Positions 1 through 7,050 of a stretch of DNA of 48,934 nucleotides are shown piece by piece; position 1 is the stretch's first letter, and every line of letters begins with the position of its first letter. The translations under genes and the position numbers were made by a program. A model generated the notes under the pieces. The model searched no databases, was not told the DNA's origin, and worked only from the letters and a program-made list of their open reading frames with translations. Origin of the DNA: Acidimicrobiales bacterium (lineage in GTDB: Bacteria; Actinomycetota; Acidimicrobiia; Acidimicrobiales; Aldehydirespiratoraceae); contig JBDQKM010000002.1 in assembly GCA_040263275.1 (NCBI GenBank), positions 1 to 48,934 on the forward strand. The letters are read 5' to 3'.

Positions 1-97
1 ACTGCGACCCGTACTCGTGCTGATGATCGAGCACCATCCGCACCGCACGCTCACGCATCTCCGCCGGATACCTGCCCGGCCTTCTCTGATCTGACAT
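1..97 (-). mobile_element. IS3-family transposase OrfA, first 32 codons only (the gene runs off the left edge)
   Basis: Reverse-strand ATG at 97 preceded by AAGGATGGAG. Translation is MSDQRRPGRYPAEMRERAVRMVLDHQHEYGSQ, matching the HTH N-terminus typical of IS3/IS911-type OrfA (..Y..E.RERAVRMV...H.EY.S). Element ends were not identifiable. Confidence 0.55.
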
Positions 98-239
98 AGC
101 TCCATCCTTCTCAAGGATCGGAGCCTCCACCAGACCCGGGGCGATTCACTGTGTTGGACCGCTCGGCGGGCTTTGTGGTGTGATTCGCCTTGTGCCTGTT
201 GGCGTTGGGCTGAGGGGTGAGCGAAGGGTTTGCGTGGCG

Positions 240-1691
240 GTGCGACGTTTGAAGCTGGTTGCGGCTGTTGTTGGTTTGGTGGGTTCGGGCGCAACGGCGG
301 GGTTTGCGTCGAGTTCGTTTACGGACGTTGAGCAGGACCGCTACTTCGCCGATGCGGTTGATTGGGCGTTCGATAACGGCGTAACGACGGGAACATCGGC
401 GGCAACGTTTTCGCCTGAAGATCCAGCAACTCGTGCTCAGAGCGTGACGTTCTTGCACCGCTACGACGAAAACGTGGTCCAACCCGCCATTGACGACCTG
501 ACGAGCGATATTGCTGGATTGGACACGTTGGACGAGCTGACGTGTGGTGCGACGCAGGTGGTGATCAACGACGACGGATGGCGCTGCGCCTCTCTGCGTC
601 TCACCCGCTCCGGCCAAGCCACGCCCGCCGTAAACAGGGTCTACGTGGCTGAGGGCGGCATTGACACGTCGGTGGCGATCGGCGTCAACGGCAACCCGAT
701 CATCAGCTACCACGACTGGACCACCGACGATTTGGAGTTGTACGTCTGCGCTGACGGGAATTGCACCGCTGGCGTGAGCGAGGTGCTCGTCGCAGGCGCA
801 ATTCCCGATTCCACATCAGTGGCGGTTGGAACCGATGGGAACCCGCTCATCGCCTACCACAACGAGTCCGACGGTCATTTGGATTTGTACGTGTGCGCTG
901 ACGCGCTCTGTACCTCTGGCACGAACCGAACGCTCGTGGAAGACGGCTCTCCTGGCAACGAAGCATCGATGGCGCTCAACGCTGACGGCAACCCAGTCAT
1001 CGCTCACTTCGAAAGCGACCTAGACGATTTGCAGCTGTACGTCTGTGGCGACCCGGCATGTGCCTCTGGCACGGACCGAAAGCTTGCCGACATTGGCAGT
1101 GGCAGTGATACGTCGGTGGTGGTCAGCGCTGACAACAACCCTGTCATCGCTTACGTTGACGACTTTAATGACGATTTGATGTTGTACGTGTGTGGCGATT
1201 CGGCTTGCACCTCTGGCACGAAGCGAAGGATCCGAAACGGCGGAGCGACAGCCGTCGGTGACAACACGAAGGTTGCGCTCAGCGCTGACGGCAACCCGAT
1301 CATTGCTCATCTCGATACCTGGAATGACGGCACGAACATTTCAGGTCTGGACTTGTACGTGTGCGGCGATGCGGCCTGCACCTCGGGCACGAACCAAAAG
1401 CTCGTCAACGTCGATGGCGTTGACTTCAGCCTTGTCGTCGGGTCTGACGGCAACCCGATCATCACCTACTTCGACAACGACCAAGACGACTTGCGCATGT
1501 ACGTATGTGCCGACGGGTCTTGCACGACTGGCATGAGCCACGCTCTCGACACCGGCGGCAACGTCGGCCGCGACTCGTCGGTAGCGATCGGTGTCGAGGG
1601 CAACCCAGTTGTCAGCTACTACGACGCCGACAACGAAGATTTGAAGATGGCGCTACCACAATTCGCCGTCACCGGCATCGCCTTCGACTAG
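240..1691 (+). CDS. Secreted SLH-domain protein with seven tandem repeats of about 50 aa carrying Cys pairs (predicted 7-bladed beta-propeller)
   Basis: ORF 180..1691. An in-frame GTG at 240 gives a signal-like N-terminus, VRRLKLVAAVVGLVGSGATAGFA. FTDVEQDRYFADAVDWAFDNGVTTGTSAATFSPEDPATRAQ matches the S-layer-homology pattern. Seven repeats follow, of the form S-V-A-x-G-x-D-G-N-P-x-I-A-Y-x(6-10)-L-x-L-Y-V-C-x-D-x-x-C-T-S-G-T. The start could also be 180. Confidence 0.8.
   Translation: MRRLKLVAAVVGLVGSGATAGFASSSFTDVEQDRYFADAVDWAFDNGVTTGTSAATFSPEDPATRAQSVTFLHRYDENVVQPAIDDLTSDIAGLDTLDELTCGATQVVINDDGWRCASLRLTRSGQATPAVNRVYVAEGGIDTSVAIGVNGNPIISYHDWTTDDLELYVCADGNCTAGVSEVLVAGAIPDSTSVAVGTDGNPLIAYHNESDGHLDLYVCADALCTSGTNRTLVEDGSPGNEASMALNADGNPVIAHFESDLDDLQLYVCGDPACASGTDRKLADIGSGSDTSVVVSADNNPVIAYVDDFNDDLMLYVCGDSACTSGTKRRIRNGGATAVGDNTKVALSADGNPIIAHLDTWNDGTNISGLDLYVCGDAACTSGTNQKLVNVDGVDFSLVVGSDGNPIITYFDNDQDDLRMYVCADGSCTTGMSHALDTGGNVGRDSSVAIGVEGNPVVSYYDADNEDLKMALPQFAVTGIAFD
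669..1688 (+). repeat. Seven in-frame tandem coding repeats (about 150 nt each) inside the SLH protein gene
   Basis: The repeats begin SVAIGVNGNP, SVAVGTDGNP, SMALNADGNP, SVVVSADNNP, KVALSADGNP, SLVVGSDGNP and SVAIGVEGNP. The first six contain LYVC-x-D-x-x-C; the seventh lacks the Cys pair. Confidence 0.85.
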
Positions 1692-1873
1692 AGCTTTCTT
1701 GAAGTTCTCGTGCCGGTAGCCACCGTGGTCACGCCGTGGTCACAGAACCACCCAACACGCCTGATCACCTTGGGTCATCTCACGATTGCCTGCGGTGGCC
1801 TGACACCACGTTTCGCCTGTATTTGCGGCCCAATTAGGAGTTCCAGGCATGAGCGGTCACCGGGCCGGCATAA

Positions 1874-1897
1874 GTTCAAGTCCCCCCTCCGACACCA
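1874..1897 (+). other. Isolated tRNA 3'-end-like fragment (T-loop, T-stem 3' half, acceptor 3' half, discriminator A and CCA); possible att-site remnant
   Basis: GTTCAAGTCCCCCCTCCGACACCA parses as TTCAAGT (T-loop consensus TTCRANY) + CCCCC + CTCCGAC + A + CCA. The matching 5' T-stem (GGGGG) and 5' acceptor (GTCGGAG) are absent upstream, so this is not an intact tRNA. Confidence 0.4.
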
Positions 1898-1932
1898 TGT
1901 GATGTCGCGAGACATCGGAAACTCTCGAACCC

Positions 1933-2109
1933 TCAGGTTCGGGGGTTTTTCGGTTTTCCGGTGGGTTGGTAGGTGCGGGTCGGGTCGAGCTCGAGTTGCC
2001 GGAGGAGCTCGCCGGTGGCGGTTGCGATGATGCGAATGTTGCGGTCGGCGATGAGCATCGTGATGGCGGTGCCGGCGTGGGCTCGGCCGTGTAGCCGAAT
2101 CGATACGGC
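1933..2109 (-). mobile_element. Remnant of an IS481-family transposase gene (C-terminal ~58 codons only)
   Basis: The reverse frame reads ..AVSIRLHGRAHAGTAITMLIADRNIRIIATATGELLRQLELDPTRTYQPTGKPKNPRT*. This is the characteristic C-terminal tail of actinobacterial IS481-type DDE transposases (GRAHAGT..V.V....GELLREL.LDPTRDYQPTG.PK.P). No catalytic core lies upstream. Confidence 0.6.
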
Positions 2110-3092
2110 CGTCCCGTGCGGCGGTCGTCGATCTTCGGGAACTCTTGGATCCGTTCGTCGATGAGGGTCTGCTGAGTCGTCGATGCCGACGCGTCGATTT
2201 CCCAGCGCCACAGCTGCGGCGGGTAGGGGTCGCCCGGGCCGGTTCGGTCGACGTCGAAGATGCGGTCGAACTGGACGACGTCGACGACAACGCCGCTGTC
2301 AGTGTCGTAGGCGTTGAGTCCGTGGAAGACGAAGCAGGGATCGATGTCGAACCAGCGCACGGGGCTGCGCAGGTCACGGCGATCGATCAGCCCGACGCGG
2401 GCGGCACCCTCTCGGTTCCAGGCGTAGGGGAACAGTCCGGGGTCGTCGTCCGCGTACTCGAGGGGGAGATCCCAGACCACGATGTGCTGCTCGGTGATCG
2501 CGACGTCGTGCAGCGCACGTGGTCCGAGCAGGTCGATGGGTCGCTGGTCGAGGAGAGTGCCGCTGCGGTCGATCCGGTAGAGCGTGCAGGTGGCGTCGTA
2601 GTCGCCGCCGTAGCCGACCGCGAACACCTCGCCTGTGTCGGGGTCTGTGTGCGGGTGTGCGGTGAACTCGGTGACCCCGGCTCCGAAGTCCTGACGACGC
2701 ACGGTCCGCAGGTCATCATCGAGCACGTATGGCTGGCACGTTTCAGTCATCGCCAGCAGATCGCCGCCGACCACCATCGCGCTCGTGTTGGCAATGTCGA
2801 CATCGGCCCCGGTCGGGACTGTCGGTGCCTCGCCGAGCGCCTGGCTCACCTCGGGCGTCCGTACCCAGCGGTTGACGAACCGGCTCGGGCGGCCGGCATC
2901 GAGGTCGATCGCGTGCGTCATCCCGGTGCCGGCGAACCACTGGTAGGTCTCGTCGACCGGCCCGACCGGATTGGGGCCCATGCGAACCAGCCGGCCCGAG
3001 ATCGGGGGCAGCACCCCCTCCGTAACGACGAGGTCGGCGACGTCGAGTTCGTCGGCGACCGGGGCTTTCGTGCCACGGATCCATGTGCTCAT
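2082..3092 (-). pseudogene. Carotenoid cleavage dioxygenase (RPE65/CCD family), 3'-truncated at the IS481 remnant
   Basis: ORF 1857..3092. The first ~337 aa are CCD-like (FTAHPH, LHDVAIT, CFVFHGLNAY, EFPKIDDRRTGRPYRFGY). The last 74 codons (PTPAPPSRCSSPTATF...) are low-complexity read-through into the IS remnant. The C-terminal blade with the fourth iron-binding His is missing. Confidence 0.7.
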
Positions 3093-3101
3093 GGCGACAC
3101 C

Positions 3102-3136
3102 ATAACGATGTTATAGGGAGGCTGGAACACTGTTAT
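3102..3136. promoter_or_regulatory. Candidate TetR operator in the divergent CCD/TetR intergenic region
   Basis: Perfect palindrome ATAAC-GAT-GTTAT at 3102..3114, plus a further GTTAT half-site in AACACTGTTATGG at 3126..3138. The region sits between the divergent starts at 3092 (-) and 3135 (+). Confidence 0.35.
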
Positions 3137-3743
3137 GGCGCCGTTTCAGTACCATGTGATCATGCCCGACGTGTCCGCACCCGAAGAACCGATGCGCGAC
3201 CGCGTACTCCGCGTCGCCGACGAGCTCCTCGCCGGCGAGGGCCCAGACGCACTGTCGCTGCGAAGGATCGCCGAGCTCGCCGGCACGTCGACCCAGGCGG
3301 TGTACACCCAGTTCGGCGGCAAGCCGGGCCTCGCAGACGCGATGTACCGCTCGGGCTACCGGCGACTCGCCGATGAAATCGACGCCCTGCCCGACATCGA
3401 CGACCCAATCGAACGGATGCGGACATACTCCTTTGCGTACCGGCGAGTCGCGCTCGCCGGCCCCGAGCACTACAAGCTGATGACCGGCCGCCCGATCGCC
3501 GACTACGACCCACCGCCCGACAGCGTGCGATTCGCCGCATCGACCATGGAGCCCCTCGTCGACGCCGTCCGCGCCGCGTGTGCGGCAGGCATCCTCGACG
3601 GCGACCCGCGCACGATTGCGATGCGGCTCTGGGCCGCAGGCCACGGGCGCGTCAGCCTCGAACTCCACGGACTCCTCGAAGTAGACGACGACGAGGCGAA
3701 TGAGTACTTCGATCGCCTCGTCGACGCCCACCGGCCCCGCTGA
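3135..3743 (+). CDS. TetR/AcrR family transcriptional regulator
   Basis: N-terminal HTH RDRVLRVADELLAGEGPDALSLRRIAELAGTSTQAVYTQFGGKPGL. GGGAGG lies 13 nt upstream of the ATG at 3135. Alternative starts are 3162 and 3192. Confidence 0.85.
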   Translation: MAPFQYHVIMPDVSAPEEPMRDRVLRVADELLAGEGPDALSLRRIAELAGTSTQAVYTQFGGKPGLADAMYRSGYRRLADEIDALPDIDDPIERMRTYSFAYRRVALAGPEHYKLMTGRPIADYDPPPDSVRFAASTMEPLVDAVRAACAAGILDGDPRTIAMRLWAAGHGRVSLELHGLLEVDDDEANEYFDRLVDAHRPR

Positions 3744-3824
3744 GTCCGACAGGAGGGAGGACGAAGGATTCCCGCGGGCGGCCGCACGCGCCGTGTCGTG
3801 GAGGCCGAGGGCTAGCTTCTCCTC

Positions 3825-4298
3825 ATGGAGTACGAGGGCCTCATGCGCAAGGCGTTGGCGGAAGCGGAACTGGCGATTCCCCACGGGGATGTTCCCGTCG
3901 GGGCGCTCGTCGTCGTGGAGGGTGAGGTGATTGCGTCGCGCCACAATGAGCGTCAATTGACGACGGACCCCTCGGCGCACGCTGAGGTGCTCGCGATGCG
4001 AGACGCCTGCCAACGGCTCGGCACGTGGCGGCTCGACAACGCAACCCTCGTCAGCACACTCGAGCCGTGCACCATGTGTGCGGGAGTGGCAGTGAACGCA
4101 CGAATCGAGAAGGTCGTCTTCGGCGCCGCCGACCTCGAAGCAGGAGCGGTCGGTTCGGTCTACAACTTCAGCTCAGACCCGCGACTACGGCACAACTTCG
4201 AGGTTCACCACAACGTGCTCGGCGAGGAGTGCGCGCGGTCGCTCAAGTCGTTCTTCGCAGACCTCCGAGCCGCTCGCCGCGCCGCATCCGCCGAATAG
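3825..4298 (+). CDS. tadA: tRNA-specific adenosine deaminase
   Basis: CDA-fold zinc motifs HAEVLAMRDA and LEPCTMCAGV. The ~157 aa length and overall pattern are typical of TadA. Confidence 0.85.
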   Translation: MEYEGLMRKALAEAELAIPHGDVPVGALVVVEGEVIASRHNERQLTTDPSAHAEVLAMRDACQRLGTWRLDNATLVSTLEPCTMCAGVAVNARIEKVVFGAADLEAGAVGSVYNFSSDPRLRHNFEVHHNVLGEECARSLKSFFADLRAARRAASAE

Positions 4299-4379
4299 CG
4301 CACCGGTCCGAGACCACTTTCGGTCGACGGCAATTCGATGACCCTCCGGTGGTCCTGCGCCGCTGGATAGGGTCGTCGC

Positions 4380-5132
4380 ATGAAGGGACTCGCAGGACGC
4401 AGGGTCGTGGTGACCGGTGGAGCCTCGGGCATCGGACTGGCGACCGTCCGTTTCCTGCAGGACGAGGGTGCCGGCGTCGCCATCATCGACCGGGACGCAG
4501 AGGGGGCCGAGGCGGTCGGTGTGCCATGGGTACAGGCCGACCTGGCCGACGCCGACGGGTGGCGGAGCGCGGTGGTCCAAGCGGCCGACCGGCTCGGCGG
4601 CATCGACGGTTTGGTGAACAACGCGGTGTCGGTTGTCGGGGGTCCCGCGCCGCTCGCCGAACAGAACCTCGACGACTTCTCGGCGACGCTGGCCAGGAAC
4701 AGCACCAGCGTGCTGGCCGCCAGCCAGGCGGCTACGGAGTTGATGAACGGGCCCGGAGCCGTGGTCAACATCGCGTCGCTCCAGGGAACGAATGCCTCAC
4801 CCGGTCTCTATCAGTACGGCGCCGCCAAGGCTGCGGTGATTCACCTCACCAAGTCCCTGGCCCTCGAGCTCGCGCCACGGCACATTCGGGTGAACGCCGT
4901 GGCTCCGGCGATGACCCTTACCCCTGCGGTCATGCGCGGGGTCAGCGCGGAGCGCCGGGCGGCGAGCATTGCGGCGATTCCACTCGGCTACGCGGGCGAA
5001 CCGGAGGACATCGCCGGGACGGTCGGCTTCCTCCTCAGCGACCTGGCACGCTTCATCACGGGTCAGTTGCTCATCGCCGATGGTGGCCTCAGTCTCACCA
5101 CCGCCCGCCCGCATCGCGGTGAGTTGCCCTAG
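4380..5132 (+). CDS. SDR family oxidoreductase
   Basis: Rossmann motif VVVTGGASGIGLA, NNAV, and catalytic YQYGAAKAAV (YxxxK). Confidence 0.85.
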   Translation: MKGLAGRRVVVTGGASGIGLATVRFLQDEGAGVAIIDRDAEGAEAVGVPWVQADLADADGWRSAVVQAADRLGGIDGLVNNAVSVVGGPAPLAEQNLDDFSATLARNSTSVLAASQAATELMNGPGAVVNIASLQGTNASPGLYQYGAAKAAVIHLTKSLALELAPRHIRVNAVAPAMTLTPAVMRGVSAERRAASIAAIPLGYAGEPEDIAGTVGFLLSDLARFITGQLLIADGGLSLTTARPHRGELP

Positions 5133-5704
5133 AAGGCACCGCCGGCCGCGTGCTCAAGGAGCACCGGCGAAGTCGGCCCCAGCACAGCGCAGCGGTCGGG
5201 GTCTCCGATCATCCGAAGCGCCTCCCACTCGTAGTCGCCACGCTCGCCCCCGACTGCTGCGGTGACTCGATAGCGCCGGAGATAGTCGATGGACCCGGGA
5301 GATGGGGGCAGGACCGCGACGACGCCACCGGTGAATCCGACGGGGATGGTGCCGGGTAGCGGCTGACGGTCGTTCCACGCGTCGCGCAGATCAGAGTCCT
5401 GCATGCCCTCGAGTGAGGACGTTCCCCAGAACAGCGTCAACTCGGTGGGCACCGTGACGACGAAGAACTCCGCATCGAACGAGCCCTCGAGCAGCTCGAC
5501 GTCCACGATCTCCACGGGGGCCTGTGCTCTTTCCACGGTGAGGACCTCCGTGATCACGTCGCCGTTGCCGGGGTCGCTGCAGCTCACGATTCGAGAGCGC
5601 CCGAGGTCGACCCCGAGGGTCTGGCGGAAGCCCTCGGACAGCCCCGAGCCGCCACAGGCCGAAAGCGCCACGGCGAGAACCATCATTGCTCGGAGACGCC
5701 GCAC
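5129..5704 (-). CDS. Hypothetical lipoprotein
   Basis: MRRLRAMMVLAVALSACGG contains a lipobox (LSAC). No recognisable catalytic motif. Confidence 0.6.
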   Translation of the reverse strand: MRRLRAMMVLAVALSACGGSGLSEGFRQTLGVDLGRSRIVSCSDPGNGDVITEVLTVERAQAPVEIVDVELLEGSFDAEFFVVTVPTELTLFWGTSSLEGMQDSDLRDAWNDRQPLPGTIPVGFTGGVVAVLPPSPGSIDYLRRYRVTAAVGGERGDYEWEALRMIGDPDRCAVLGPTSPVLLEHAAGGAF

Positions 5705-5728
5705 CCCGTCGACGGTACCCGCGCCGAC

Positions 5729-6400
5729 TCACGCGCGCGGGTGCGGCGACCAGCCCTGGTCTCCGACGAGCGGCACGAACCGCACCGGCCCCAGGTCTTC
5801 CTCCACCAGGTCGTCGCCGCGGCGACGCACCCGGATGAGCCGCTGGACTCGGGTCTCCGGACCGACCGGGATTACGAGGGTGCCGCCCTCGGCGAGCTGG
5901 GCCACGAGCGCCTCGGGAACCGAGGGCCCACCGGCAGTGACGATGATGGCATCGAAGGGCGCGCACTCGGGAAGCCCCAACGTGCCGTCGCCATGGACGA
6001 CGTGGACGTTGTCGTAGCCCAGGTCGACAAGACGCGACCGGGCTCGATCCGCGAGGGCGGCGAGCCGCTCGATCGTCCACACCTCGCCGGCGACGGTGCT
6101 CAGCACCGCGGCCCCGTACCCCGAACCGGTGCCGATCTCGAGGACCCGACTCTCGGGTCGCAGTTCGACGGCCGCAGCCATGGCTGCGACGACGAAGGGC
6201 TGCGAGATGGTCTGGCCCTCGCCGATGGGCAATGCCGAGTCGTCATAGGCGAACTCGGCCAGGTCGTTTCCGACGAAGCAGTCCCGAGGCACGGTCCGCA
6301 TGGCGGCAATGACGGCGGTGTCGTCCACGCCCCGCTCGACGATCTGACGATCGACCAGCCGGTTCCGGGCTGTCTCCGTGTCTCTTCCGGGTCGGCCCAT
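5729..6400 (-). CDS. pcm: Protein-L-isoaspartate O-methyltransferase
   Basis: VPRDCFV..AYDDSALPIGEGQTISQPFVVAAM..VLEIGTGSGYGAAVLS are the canonical PCMT motifs. Confidence 0.85.
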   Translation of the reverse strand: MGRPGRDTETARNRLVDRQIVERGVDDTAVIAAMRTVPRDCFVGNDLAEFAYDDSALPIGEGQTISQPFVVAAMAAAVELRPESRVLEIGTGSGYGAAVLSTVAGEVWTIERLAALADRARSRLVDLGYDNVHVVHGDGTLGLPECAPFDAIIVTAGGPSVPEALVAQLAEGGTLVIPVGPETRVQRLIRVRRRGDDLVEEDLGPVRFVPLVGDQGWSPHPRA

Positions 6401-6487
6401 GTCCGCAACCTACGGCGGTCGGTCGTACCCCGAGAGGGCCGAACGTCCTCTCGTCCACCACGCCGTTCCGGCTGGCGGCTTGGGCTC

Positions 6488-7024
6488 CTAGTCCAGACCG
6501 AACCACTCACGTACATGGGCGATGACGAGCCCTTCGTCTTTCGGCGAGTGGTTGCCCGGCACCCACTGGCTGGTGACGGGCCCGGAGATGTGCGGCGTGT
6601 GCTCGGCGAACTCGGCGGGCGAGCCGAACGGGTCCCGTTCACCCGAGACGAACAGGCACGGGGCGCTGATCTTCTCGAAGTGCTCGACCCGCAGGTTGTC
6701 GGGCTTCCCAGGCGGGTGGAGTGGGTAGCTGAGCAACACCAGGGAGTGGACGGCAAGGCCCTCGGCGTGGGCGACCGAAGTGCTCCGCCCCCCGAAGCTT
6801 CGGCCACCGAGCGCAACCTCTGAGGTGGGTACGCCGAGATCAGCGGCCAGCGTCTCTGCCGCCTCGACGATCTTGGCAACCGCCCGCGGGACCGATGTCG
6901 TCCCCAGCGTCAGCCGGACGACCGCCATCTCGGGCAGGCATTCGTCGAGGGAGACGAGCGTCGAGTGATCTCGGTCGGCGCTCGCGCCCGGTGTGAGCAC
7001 GAGGCCAGCGGGCGCAGAGGGCAT
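6488..7024 (-). CDS. Alpha/beta-fold hydrolase (dienelactone-hydrolase-like, short form)
   Basis: GGRSFGGR nucleophile-elbow-like motif and LLSYPLHPPGKP. The ~178 aa size fits the short predicted-hydrolase families. Confidence 0.55.
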   Translation of the reverse strand: MPSAPAGLVLTPGASADRDHSTLVSLDECLPEMAVVRLTLGTTSVPRAVAKIVEAAETLAADLGVPTSEVALGGRSFGGRSTSVAHAEGLAVHSLVLLSYPLHPPGKPDNLRVEHFEKISAPCLFVSGERDPFGSPAEFAEHTPHISGPVTSQWVPGNHSPKDEGLVIAHVREWFGLD

Positions 7025-7050
7025 CGCCGGATCGTAGCCACCCGGGTGGG

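Noticed and set aside
1820-1897. Possible intact tRNA or tmRNA ending at ...GACACCA
   Set aside because: The T-stem 5' half (needs GGGGG, found ATAAG) and the acceptor 5' strand (GTCGGAG) are absent from the preceding 100 nt. Only the 3' 24 nt are tRNA-like.
1926-1956. Hairpin CGAACC-CTCA-GGTTCG followed by a T-rich tract, as a rho-independent terminator
   Set aside because: The structure is real, but it lies inside the last codons of the IS481-type remnant (..KPKNPRT*) and the stem is short. I could not decide whether it is a terminator of the former tRNA locus or part of the IS end, so it is reported only within the scar finding.
1857-2081. C-terminal 74 codons of ORF 1857..3092 as part of the dioxygenase
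   Set aside because: The sequence (PTPAPPSRCSSPTATFASSQPPP...) has no CCD similarity and overlaps the IS481 remnant in another frame. It is read-through after truncation.
4025-5122. 365-aa Arg-rich ORF overlapping tadA and the SDR gene
   Set aside because: It is a wrong frame across two genes that have clear signatures in other frames.
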